This document shows positions 15,659 to 23,416 of a DNA stretch of 41,656 nucleotides, one piece after another (positions within the stretch are counted from its first letter, which is position 1; each line of letters opens with the position of its first letter). The position numbers and the translations under genes are program-made. The DNA lies in assembly GCA_964347125.1 (NCBI GenBank), contig CAYFXO010000005.1, positions 1 through 41,656 on the forward strand. The letters are read 5' to 3'. Source of the DNA: an uncultured Methanomassiliicoccales archaeon. Its GTDB lineage: Archaea > Thermoplasmatota > Thermoplasmata > RBG-16-68-12 > CAYFXO01. A model generated the notes under the pieces. The model was not told the DNA's origin and did no database searches. It saw only the letters and a program-made list of their open reading frames with translations.

Positions 15659-15661
15659 ATC

Positions 15662-15922
15662 CTAGGCAGGCGCGGCCCCGTCGTCCCGCTGGACCCACGA
15701 GCGGTAGAGGGCCGCCTTCCGGTTCGCCCCCTCCGGCCCCAGGGTGGACGGGAGGGTCTTGTCCTGGAGGAGCTTGATGATCTTCAACAGGTCGTCCCGG
15801 GTCAGCGCGTCCGGGTCGGCGTCCACGTCCTGCACCCGCTTCCGGAGCATGAAGACCGCGAGCTCCCCCCAGATGCCTCGCATGTCGTCGAGGATGCTCT
15901 CGTAGACGGTCCGGACGTCCAT
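15662..15922 (-). CDS. Small hypothetical protein (86 aa)
   Basis: ATG at 15922 abuts the TAG (15923-15925) of the upstream gene. Balanced composition; no motif recognised. Confidence 0.6.
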   Translation of the reverse strand: MDVRTVYESILDDMRGIWGELAVFMLRKRVQDVDADPDALTRDDLLKIIKLLQDKTLPSTLGPEGANRKAALYRSWVQRDDGAAPA

Positions 15923-16249
15923 CTAGATGCCTTCCCCGAGTTCCGCTTCGAGCTTCAGGGCGTTCGCCCAGGCGGAGTACCCGATGTAGAACAGTGTCCC
16001 GAGGACGATGATGTTGAAGAGGGCGCTCCAGAACGCGGGGAAGACGGCCTCCCCAGCGATGCCGCCCACGGCGCCGACGGCCAGGAGGACGCCGATGAGG
16101 GCCATCCCCACGGAGATCGTGTACAGGATGCCGCCCTTCATCATCCGGACCCCCCGCTGGTAGAGGAGGAAGAACCCCACCACGCCGCAGGCGATGCTCA
16201 GTACGAAGACGGTGGTCTCGAAGACGGTGGTCGTCAGGTCGGGAGCCAT
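15923..16249 (-). CDS. Small integral membrane protein (108 aa, ~3-4 TM helices)
   Basis: Hydrophobic segments VFVLSIACGVVGFFLLY, ILYTISVGMALIGVLLAVGAVGGIA and FNIIVLGTLFYIGY. A TATA-like CTTATAC (minus strand, ~16283-16290) lies upstream. Confidence 0.7.
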   Translation of the reverse strand: MAPDLTTTVFETTVFVLSIACGVVGFFLLYQRGVRMMKGGILYTISVGMALIGVLLAVGAVGGIAGEAVFPAFWSALFNIIVLGTLFYIGYSAWANALKLEAELGEGI

Positions 16250-16345
16250 GGCCCAGGCCTCCGGCGCCCCCTGGAGCTGGGCGTATAAGTGCGCTCCCGC
16301 CTCGTTCTCGAAGCTGATAACATCCCCGGAGGGGGCCGGCCAAGG

Positions 16346-16353
16346 TTTTATAG
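16346..16353 (+). promoter_or_regulatory. TATA box of the ABCE1 gene
   Basis: TTTTATAG, 25-32 nt upstream of ATG 16378. Confidence 0.5.
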
Positions 16354-16377
16354 GCCACCCGCTCTCGGAGGGGGCGC

Positions 16378-18150
16378 ATGCGCGTCGCCGTGCTCCTCGA
16401 GGAGCGGTGCCACCCGGACCGGTGCAACAAGGAGTGCATCGCGTTCTGCCCGCCCCAGCGGACGGGCCAGGAGGTCATCTGGATCGGGGAGAGCGGCAAG
16501 CCCGTCATCTCCGAGGTGACGTGTATCGGGTGCGGCATCTGCGTCCAGAAGTGCCCCTTCGACGCCCTGCGGATCATCAACCTCGCCGACGAGCTGGAGG
16601 AGGATCTGGTCCACCAGTTTGACCGGAACGCGTTCCGGCTGTTCCGCCTCCCCGTCCCCAAGGAGGGGCAGGTCACGGGGCTCCTGGGCCCCAACGGAAT
16701 CGGGAAGACCACCACCCTCCGGATCCTCAGCGGGGAGATCGTCCCGAACCTGGGGGACTACGAGGGCGAGGCGACCTGGGACGCCGTCCTGGATGCCTAC
16801 GCGGGCACGGAGCTCCACGACTACCTGGAGCGGGTCGCCGACGGCGCCGTCCGGTCCTCCATCAAGCCCCAGTACGTGGACCAGATCCCCCGCCACTACA
16901 AGGGGGCGGTGAGGACCCTCCTGGACCGGGTGGACGCCGCGGGGCGGGCGGAGGCGCTGGTGGGGCGGCTGGGCATCGCCCACACCCTGGACCGGGACAT
17001 CGCCACCCTCTCCGGGGGCGAGCTGCAGCGGGTGGCCATCGCCGCCACGGTCCTCCGGGACGCGGACGTGTACTTCTTCGACGAGCCCTCCTCGTACCTG
17101 GACATCCGGGAGCGCCTGCGGGTTGCGCAGGTGATCCGCGAACTCTCGGAGGGCAAGCAGGTCCTGGTCATCGAGCACGACCTTGCGGTCCTGGACTTCC
17201 TGGCGGACAACGTCCACATCCTCTACGGCACGGAGGGGGCCTATGGCATCCTCACCCAGCCGCGGAAGGTCCGGGTGGCGGTGAACACCTACCTCAGCGG
17301 GTTCCTCAAGGAGGAAAACGTGCGGTTCCGGGACCGGGCCATCGCCTTCGAGGCCCACCCTCCCCGGAAGGGGTGGCGGCAGATCCCCCTCATCGCCTAC
17401 GGCACCCTGGAGGTGCGGTTCGAGACCTTCGCCCTGGAGGTGAAGGGGGGAACCATCCACCAGGGGGAGGTGGTGGGCATCGTGGGGCCGAACGCCACGG
17501 GGAAGACGACCTTCGTGAAGGTCCTCGCGGGGGTGCTGGAGCCGGACTCGGGGACCCTGGAGGCCACCGCCCGCGTCTCCTACAAGCCCCAGTACATCGA
17601 GTCCGACTTCGGCGGGAGCGTGGAGGAGCTGTACCGCACGGAGCTGGGGGAGGGCTGGGACTCGGGCTACTTCCGGTCCGAGGTGCTGGAGCCGCTGGGG
17701 GTGGTGAACCTGCTGGAGCAGGCCGTGGACGCCCTGTCCGGCGGGGAGCTGCAGCGGGTGGCGGTGGCCCTGTGCCTGGGCCGGGAGGCGGACATCTACC
17801 TCCTGGACGAGCCCTCCGCGTACCTGGACTCCAACCAGCGCATGGAGGCGGCCCGGACCCTCCGGCGGGTCATGGAGAACCGGGGGACGAGCGGGATGAT
17901 CGTGGACCACGACGTCTACTTCATCGACCTCGTCGCCGACTCCCTCATGGTGTTCGGGGGGGAGCCCGCGGTCCGCGGCGTGGGCGAGGGGCCGCTGTCG
18001 ATGCGGGCCGGGATGAACCAGTTCCTCCGCGACGCGGATGTCACCTTCCGGCGGGACGCGGAGACCCGGCGGCCGCGAATCAACAAACCCGACTCCCGCC
18101 TCGACCGCGAGCAGCGGGCGGCGGGGGAGTTCTACTACGCCCTGGCCTAG
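16378..18150 (+). CDS. abcE1: ABCE1 / RNase L inhibitor-type ribosome-recycling ATPase
   Basis: N-terminal Fe-S cysteines CHPDRCNKECIAFCP and CIGCGICVQKCP. Two ABC cassettes are present (GPNGIGKTT ... LSGGELQR; GPNATGKTT ... LSGGELQR). 590 aa. Confidence 0.95.
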   Translation: MRVAVLLEERCHPDRCNKECIAFCPPQRTGQEVIWIGESGKPVISEVTCIGCGICVQKCPFDALRIINLADELEEDLVHQFDRNAFRLFRLPVPKEGQVTGLLGPNGIGKTTTLRILSGEIVPNLGDYEGEATWDAVLDAYAGTELHDYLERVADGAVRSSIKPQYVDQIPRHYKGAVRTLLDRVDAAGRAEALVGRLGIAHTLDRDIATLSGGELQRVAIAATVLRDADVYFFDEPSSYLDIRERLRVAQVIRELSEGKQVLVIEHDLAVLDFLADNVHILYGTEGAYGILTQPRKVRVAVNTYLSGFLKEENVRFRDRAIAFEAHPPRKGWRQIPLIAYGTLEVRFETFALEVKGGTIHQGEVVGIVGPNATGKTTFVKVLAGVLEPDSGTLEATARVSYKPQYIESDFGGSVEELYRTELGEGWDSGYFRSEVLEPLGVVNLLEQAVDALSGGELQRVAVALCLGREADIYLLDEPSAYLDSNQRMEAARTLRRVMENRGTSGMIVDHDVYFIDLVADSLMVFGGEPAVRGVGEGPLSMRAGMNQFLRDADVTFRRDAETRRPRINKPDSRLDREQRAAGEFYYALA

Positions 18151-18779
18151 GGGCGCTCCCGGAAGGGCCCCCCGCGCCGGCGCCGCCACCAGAAGAAGTA
18201 GAGGACGAGGACGCCAGCCACGGCCGCGAGGGCCAGGATGTCCACGAACTCGAAGGTCTCCACCAGGTTCACCCACGCGGCCCCGAGGAGGTACCCGGCG
18301 ACGGCCAGGATGGTGTTCCACACCGCCGCGCCGAGGAAGGTGAAGAGGACGAAGGCGGAGAGCCGCATCTTCGCGATGCCCGCGGGGAACGAGATGAAGG
18401 AGCGGGTCCCGGGGAGGGAGTGGCCGATGAAGATGGATGCGCTCCCGTACCGCTCGAACCATTCCTCCGCCCGGGCCAAGTGGTCCTCGGTGATTCGGAA
18501 GTAGCGTCCGTAGCGGAAGATGAAGGGGCGGCCCACGAGGGAGCCGATGTGGTAGGCCACCGTGGACCCCGCCGTGGCCCCCAGGGTGCCCACCAGGATC
18601 ACGAGGAGGAGGTCGAACCGCCCGACGCTCGCCAGGTAGCCGGCGAACGGCATGATGATCTCGCTGGGGATCGGGGTGACGACGCCCTCGACGAACATCA
18701 TGAGGAAGAGGCCGGGGTAGCCGATCCACTCGATGAAGCCGGTGACGGCGGCGGTGAGGCCGGCCAGGAGGGAGGCCAT
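18147..18779 (-). CDS. DedA/SNARE-associated family membrane protein
   Basis: GYPGLFLMMFVEGVVTPIPSEIIMPFAGYL and the later FIGHSLPGTRSFISFPAGIAKM are typical DedA motifs. 210 aa. Confidence 0.8.
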   Translation of the reverse strand: MASLLAGLTAAVTGFIEWIGYPGLFLMMFVEGVVTPIPSEIIMPFAGYLASVGRFDLLLVILVGTLGATAGSTVAYHIGSLVGRPFIFRYGRYFRITEDHLARAEEWFERYGSASIFIGHSLPGTRSFISFPAGIAKMRLSAFVLFTFLGAAVWNTILAVAGYLLGAAWVNLVETFEFVDILALAAVAGVLVLYFFWWRRRRGGPFRERP

Positions 18780-18842
18780 GGGGTCCCGCGGTCATGGGCC
18801 GGGGACGTTAAGCGTTTTGCCGGACGGTCCCCGCGGGATCGC

Positions 18843-20093
18843 CTACGACTCGGGCGGGAGGTGGCGCCCCCGCCGCTCGATCTTCAGCTCCCGGCCCTCC
18901 ACGACGCGCTCCCCGCGGAGGAACACCGCCTGGGGGAAGAACGCGATCCGGCCCTCGAAGGCGGACCACCCGCTCCGGCTATGGAGGTCGTCCTCCCGGA
19001 TGCGGCTCTCCTCGTGGGGATGGAGGACGACGAGGTCTGCGTCCCGGCCGACGGCGATCCGGCCCTTCTCCAGCCCTAGGATCTCCGCGGGGCGCTCGCA
19101 CAGGGCGCTCACCATCCGCCGCAGGCTCAGCCGCCGCCTGCGGACGGCGGCGAAGAGTAGGGGGAGCATCGTCTCCACCCCGGGCATCCCCGGCGGGGCC
19201 GAGGCGAAGTCTTCCTTCTCTTCCCGGGTGTGGGGGGCGTGGTCGGACGCGACGACGTCGATGCCCCCCGCCCGCAGGGCCTTCCACAGGGCCGCCCGGT
19301 CCGAGTCGCCCCGCAGCGGCGGGTTCACCTTCCCCAGGGCGCCCAGGGCGTCCTTGGCGGTGAGGAGGAGGTGGTGGGGGGTCACCTCGCTCGTGAGACC
19401 CCCGCCCACGTGGGGGAGGGAGAGGCGGGAGGAGAGGTGGGCCACGTGGACCCGGGCGTCGCCCCGCACCTTCCGGAGGAGCTCGATGGCCGCCTTCTCC
19501 GCCTCCGGCGGGCGGCTCTCTCCGTACGTCTCCAGGTCCGTCCCTCTCCGGCGATGGAACCGCCCCACATGCTCGCCGTGGACGCTGACGGGCCGTCCCG
19601 CCTCCGAGGCCGCCTGCAACAGATCAGGGAGCGCCCCGTAGTCCTGGATCTGCAGCTCCCCGGTGCTGGGGGCCATGTAGAGCTTGAACGCGGCGACGTG
19701 GGGCGCCATCCCCGCCGCGTCGACCCCCTCCCGGAGGCCGCCGTACAGCACGTGGTCCACATGGGCCTTCCGCCGGATACCCTCCAACTTCTCCTTCGCC
19801 CGCTCGGGGGAGTCCGTGGGCGGGTCCGTGTTGGGCATGTCCGCCACGGTGGTCACCCCGCCGCAGGCCGCCGCCGTGGTCCCCGAGGCGAAGTCCTCCT
19901 TCTGCGGGGCCCCCGGGTCCCGGAAGTGGACGTGCAGGTCCGCCGCCCCGGGGAGGATGAGGGCGCCGGGGAAGCGGGTGCGCTCGTCCCCCTTGAGGAC
20001 CTTCGCGACCCGCGTCACGACGCCGCCCTCGACGCCGATGCCGCACTCGATCAGCTGGCCCTGGACGAAGGCGCGCCCCTCAATCACGTGCAT
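18843..20093 (-). CDS. pyrC: Dihydroorotase (amidohydrolase superfamily)
   Basis: The real start is ATG at 20093 (MHVIEGRAF...); the upstream 35 codons of the track ORF are R/P/S-rich. DLHVHFRDPG ... GGVTTVADMPNTDPP ... VASDHAPH are dihydroorotase motifs. Confidence 0.85.
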   Translation of the reverse strand: MHVIEGRAFVQGQLIECGIGVEGGVVTRVAKVLKGDERTRFPGALILPGAADLHVHFRDPGAPQKEDFASGTTAAACGGVTTVADMPNTDPPTDSPERAKEKLEGIRRKAHVDHVLYGGLREGVDAAGMAPHVAAFKLYMAPSTGELQIQDYGALPDLLQAASEAGRPVSVHGEHVGRFHRRRGTDLETYGESRPPEAEKAAIELLRKVRGDARVHVAHLSSRLSLPHVGGGLTSEVTPHHLLLTAKDALGALGKVNPPLRGDSDRAALWKALRAGGIDVVASDHAPHTREEKEDFASAPPGMPGVETMLPLLFAAVRRRRLSLRRMVSALCERPAEILGLEKGRIAVGRDADLVVLHPHEESRIREDDLHSRSGWSAFEGRIAFFPQAVFLRGERVVEGRELKIERRGRHLPPES

Positions 20094-20694
20094 GGGGGGC
20101 CTCCAGGTCTCGCCGGACCACCGCGCCGCCGGGGGCCGCCTCGGCGAAGATCTCGGCCTGGAAGCGCTCCACGATGGTCTCCGCCCGGAGCCACGCATCC
20201 GGGGGCAGCCCCGCCTTCAGGCACGTCTGGGACAGGAACTCCCTCGAGTCCCACCCCCACTCCACGGGGACCTGGGGCAGGAGGAGGCCCCGGGCCCGGT
20301 CCGTGGACACGATGAGGCCGTCCTCCCCGACCCGCACCAGGTCCGGGAGCCCGTCCCGGTCCTTGGCCTCCAAAACCTCCGGGGGCGTGAGGAGGCTCAC
20401 CTCGACCCGGAGCTTGTGGAGTTCCTCGGGTGTGACCGGGAGGAAACGGGGGTCCTCCGTGGCCGCCGCCCCCGCCGCCCGCTGGAGGGCGTCGCGGAGG
20501 GGGAAATACGCCTCGTGGTAGCCGATGCACCCCCTCAGATCCCCCGTCGCGTCCACGTTCAGGCTGACGAACACCCCCGCCTTCCGATCGAACGACTCCG
20601 GCAGGGGAACATCCTGGGCGCCGCTGCCTAATCGCGCCTCGATGGCCGCCCGGGCGGCCCGCACCGCAGCCCTCCCCTCATCGAGGGAGTACAT
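20080..20694 (-). CDS. AMMECR1-domain protein
   Basis: The real start is ATG at 20694 (MYSLDEG...), with a TATA-like box ~27-33 nt upstream. GVFVSLNVDATGDLRGCIGY ... LLPQV is the AMMECR1 core. The 3' end overlaps the pyrC start by 14 nt. Confidence 0.85.
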   Translation of the reverse strand: MYSLDEGRAAVRAARAAIEARLGSGAQDVPLPESFDRKAGVFVSLNVDATGDLRGCIGYHEAYFPLRDALQRAAGAAATEDPRFLPVTPEELHKLRVEVSLLTPPEVLEAKDRDGLPDLVRVGEDGLIVSTDRARGLLLPQVPVEWGWDSREFLSQTCLKAGLPPDAWLRAETIVERFQAEIFAEAAPGGAVVRRDLEAPHARD

Positions 20695-20790
20695 CGGGGC
20701 GTCGGAAGGGCGGGTTGGCCTAAAAGGCTTCCCGCGGGGCGCTGGCAGCCCCTCAGAAACCCTTTTGTAACGTCCCGAGCATCGAGGCAC

Positions 20791-21330
20791 GTGGACCTCC
20801 TGAACATCCGGATGCCCGTCATGGAAATCATGTCCAAGACGCCCCACAGCATCCCGCCGGAGAGCACCGTCCTCGACGCGGCGGCGGCCATGCGGGACCA
20901 CGGCGTGGGCAGCCTCCTCGTGGTCTCCGGCGGCGCCCCCGTGGGCATCATCACCGAGCGGGACGTGGTGTCGAAGGTGGTGGCGGAGAACGGCCTCCCC
21001 TCCGACTTCCCCGTGTCCCAGATCATGTCCCACCCCGTCATCTCCATCCACCCCCACAAGGAGGTCGTCCAGGCCGCGCGGACGATGGCGGACAACCGCA
21101 TCCGCCGCCTGGCGGTCATGGACGGGGACAAGCTGGTGGGCATCGTCACGGAGAACGACATCCTCCAGGTGTGGCCCCGCCTCATCGAGATCACCCGGGA
21201 GGCCGCCGCCATCGGCGCCGGCGAGCCCTCCGGGGCGACGTTGGGGTACTGCGAGGTGTGCGGCGTCTTCTCTGAGACCCTCGCGCTGGAGGACGGCCAG
21301 GCCCTTTGCCGAGAGTGCCGCGAAGGATAG
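20791..21330 (+). CDS. CBS-domain pair protein with a C-terminal zinc ribbon
   Basis: Two CBS repeats are present (VMEIMSKTPHSIPPESTVLDAAAAMRDHGVGSLLVV; VSQIMSHPVISIHPHKEVVQAARTMADNRIRRLAVM). C-terminus is CEVCG...CRECR. Starts at GTG 20791; ATG 20812 is an alternative. Confidence 0.85.
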   Translation: MDLLNIRMPVMEIMSKTPHSIPPESTVLDAAAAMRDHGVGSLLVVSGGAPVGIITERDVVSKVVAENGLPSDFPVSQIMSHPVISIHPHKEVVQAARTMADNRIRRLAVMDGDKLVGIVTENDILQVWPRLIEITREAAAIGAGEPSGATLGYCEVCGVFSETLALEDGQALCRECREG

Positions 21331-21377
21331 CGGCGACGTAACGCTTAATAGGGAACCTAGACTACGCGGGGACCGGC

Positions 21378-21785
21378 ATGCGCTTCGTCAAGGTCTCCCA
21401 AGAGGAGATCGTGGCCACCCGGAAGCTCTACGAGAGCGTCATGTCCTACGCGTGCCACGGGCTCCTCCAGCGCGAGGGGAACGCCGTGGGGCGGGGCGTG
21501 GCGGACATCGCGCTGAAGACCCCGGAGCAGTACTTCGACACGATCCGGAAGGTCCTCGTGGGCCGGGGCTGGGTGGAGGAGATGACGTTCAATGAGACCG
21601 GCGTCCGAGCGAAGGGGTCCATCGAGACCTTCCCGGGGAGCGAGAGCGAGACCTGCCACCGCCTCCGGGGGATCCTCGCGACGGTCTACGAGGCGAACCG
21701 CGGCGAGCGCATGCGATGCGTCGAGGAGGAGTGCGAGAGCCTCGGCGCCGACCACTGCCAGTTCCGAATCGAGCCTGAGGGATGA
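21378..21785 (+). CDS. V4R-domain (4-vinyl-reductase-like) protein
   Basis: 135 aa with a C-terminal ETCHRLRGIL...CVEEECESLGADHCQF cysteine pattern typical of V4R domains. TATA-like CTTAATAG lies ~30 nt upstream. Confidence 0.65.
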   Translation: MRFVKVSQEEIVATRKLYESVMSYACHGLLQREGNAVGRGVADIALKTPEQYFDTIRKVLVGRGWVEEMTFNETGVRAKGSIETFPGSESETCHRLRGILATVYEANRGERMRCVEEECESLGADHCQFRIEPEG

Positions 21786-21788
21786 CCC

Positions 21789-22145
21789 ATGGCGACACTC
21801 GAAGAGATGTTGGGCACGCTGAACGACGAATGTGGGGCCACGGCCTCGGCGGTGGTGAGCAAGGACGGGCTTGTGCTCGCGTCCTCCATGCCCGACGACA
21901 TCGCGCCGGAGACCTTCGGGATCATGACGGCCACGATCCTGGGCGCCAGCATCACCGCGTCTTCGGAGATCAAGAACCCCGCCCCCAGCCGAGTGGTCAT
22001 CGAGAGCGACAGCTCCCGGACGATCATCTTCAATGCCAGCCGCCGCAGCATCCTCGTGGTCGTCGTGCCCGGAGACGTCGTCCCGGACGATGTGGCGAAC
22101 CTGTCCAAGACGATCCTGGCCGAGGTGGCCAAGGGGCAGTCCTAG
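21789..22145 (+). CDS. Roadblock/LC7 (MglB-like) domain protein
   Basis: LNDECGATASAVVSKDGLVLASSMPDDIAPETFGIMTATILGAS... is a typical Roadblock/LC7 fold signature. It starts 3 nt after the V4R gene. Confidence 0.8.
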   Translation: MATLEEMLGTLNDECGATASAVVSKDGLVLASSMPDDIAPETFGIMTATILGASITASSEIKNPAPSRVVIESDSSRTIIFNASRRSILVVVVPGDVVPDDVANLSKTILAEVAKGQS

Positions 22146-22165
22146 CCCCTCCAGTCTTTTATATT

Positions 22166-22196
22166 CCACAAGGCGTGTACAAATCAGATTAAATAG
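22166..22196 (+). promoter_or_regulatory. Locus-specific promoter/operator, site 1: ACAA-N-GTACAAAT-N4-TTAAATAG
   Basis: GTACAAAT at 22177-22184, then 4 nt, then TATA TTAAATAG at 22189-22196. An upstream ACAA lies at 22168-22171. The same architecture occurs at 23264-23295 and 29194-29225. Confidence 0.6.
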
Positions 22197-22285
22197 TAGG
22201 CGCCACTAACGAGAAGTGCCGAGGGGGTAGGCCCACGAGGTATACCCAGGTCGCCGCGGTCGCATCCCTTTTCGTCGTAGCGGGC

Positions 22286-23221
22286 GTGCTACTCCTTGGC
22301 GCGGCCGCGGCCTACCGGGAGAGCCGGCCGGTGGCGGACATCGGCATGGACAACCAGCTCCAGCTCTTCCTGCGCCTCCAGGTCCCCGTGGACGTCGTGG
22401 AGAGCGGGGACACCCTCCCCTTCGACGTCCTCGTTGAGGACCAGCACGCGAACCCCGTCCCCGGCGCCCACGTCCGAGTGTGGTGGGAGGGCGCCCTGGC
22501 GGTGTCCCCCACGGAGGCGGCGACGGACTCGCAAGGACGGGCCCGGTTCCACCTCACGAGCCCCGACGGCACGGAGGGGCAGTTCCTCCTCCAGTTCGAG
22601 GTGGAATACCCGGAGGCCATCCCCGACGCCGCGACCATGGAATTCCTCATCTTCACCCCGCCCGCCCCGACGCCGGTCTCCCAGGACGTCCAGGTGGTCT
22701 CCGCGGGCCTCGCGATTCTCGGCCTGGCGGCCCTGGCCGGCTCCGAGGCGGGGCGGTACGGGCTCTTCAACGCCCTGGTCTTCCCCCTCTACACCCGCCT
22801 GAAGCGTGAGGAGGTCCTGGACCACTTCGTCCGGGGCCAGATCTACGGCCACATTCTCTCGAACCCCGGGGAGCACTACACCGCGATCCGGGAGCGCCTC
22901 AAGGTCACGAACGGCACCCTCTCCCACCACCTCCGCACGCTGGAGGTCCAAGGCTTCATCCAGTCCCGCCGGGAGGGGACCCGGAAGCGGTTCTACTCCG
23001 TGAACATGGTCCTCCCCCGGGACCGGGGGATCCGCCTGAGCGACCTGCAGCTGGAGATGCTGGAGCGGATCGACGGCGGCGACGGGCCGACGCAGAAGGA
23101 CATCGCGGACGCCGTGGGGACGAGCCAGCAGTCCGTGAGCTACAACCTGCGGGCCCTCCTCCAAGAGGAGAAGGTGCGGGTCGAGCGAGAGGGGCGGAAG
23201 AAGCGCTACTACCCCTCGTAG
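22286..23221 (+). CDS. Membrane-bound transcriptional regulator: extracytoplasmic Ig-like domain, TM helix, two cytoplasmic wHTH domains
   Basis: Ig-like (Big_1-type) segment VLVEDQHANPVPGAHVRV...ATDSQGRARFHLTSPDGTEG. TM helix VVSAGLAILGLAALAGS. wHTH 1: GQIYGHILSNPGEHYTAIRERLKVTNGTLSHHLRTLEVQGFIQSRREGTRKRFY. wHTH 2: PTQKDIADAVGTSQQSVSYNLRALLQEEKVRVEREGRKKRYY. The first canonical start is GTG 22286, but the frame is open from 22193 (see findings). Confidence 0.75.
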   Translation: MLLLGAAAAYRESRPVADIGMDNQLQLFLRLQVPVDVVESGDTLPFDVLVEDQHANPVPGAHVRVWWEGALAVSPTEAATDSQGRARFHLTSPDGTEGQFLLQFEVEYPEAIPDAATMEFLIFTPPAPTPVSQDVQVVSAGLAILGLAALAGSEAGRYGLFNALVFPLYTRLKREEVLDHFVRGQIYGHILSNPGEHYTAIRERLKVTNGTLSHHLRTLEVQGFIQSRREGTRKRFYSVNMVLPRDRGIRLSDLQLEMLERIDGGDGPTQKDIADAVGTSQQSVSYNLRALLQEEKVRVEREGRKKRYYPS

Positions 23222-23263
23222 GGCCCTGGCCTCCCCGGGGCTCACCGCAACCGCCTTATAGTC

Positions 23264-23295
23264 CCACAAACGGGCGTACAAATTTCTTTTTATAG
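23264..23295 (+). promoter_or_regulatory. Locus-specific promoter/operator, site 2
   Basis: ACAA at 23266-23269, GTACAAAT at 23276-23283, 4 nt, then TATA TTTTATAG at 23288-23295. Confidence 0.6.
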
Positions 23296-23416
23296 CATCA
23301 TCCAGTTAGCCGGGGCTCGATGCTCGGGTATCCCCTAGAAGCGCTCCCAGAGCGACCGAGCGTCGGTGCCCTGGGCCGTCCGCGGTCCGCGGCGCCGTGG
23401 GACTAGGAGGAATGGA

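Noticed and set aside
18783-18837. 8-bp inverted repeat TCCCGCGG / CCGCGGGA between pyrC and the DedA gene, as a possible terminator or operator
   Set aside because: The stem is short and GC-only, the loop is ~40 nt, and there is no adjacent T-run. It is easily produced by chance at this GC content.
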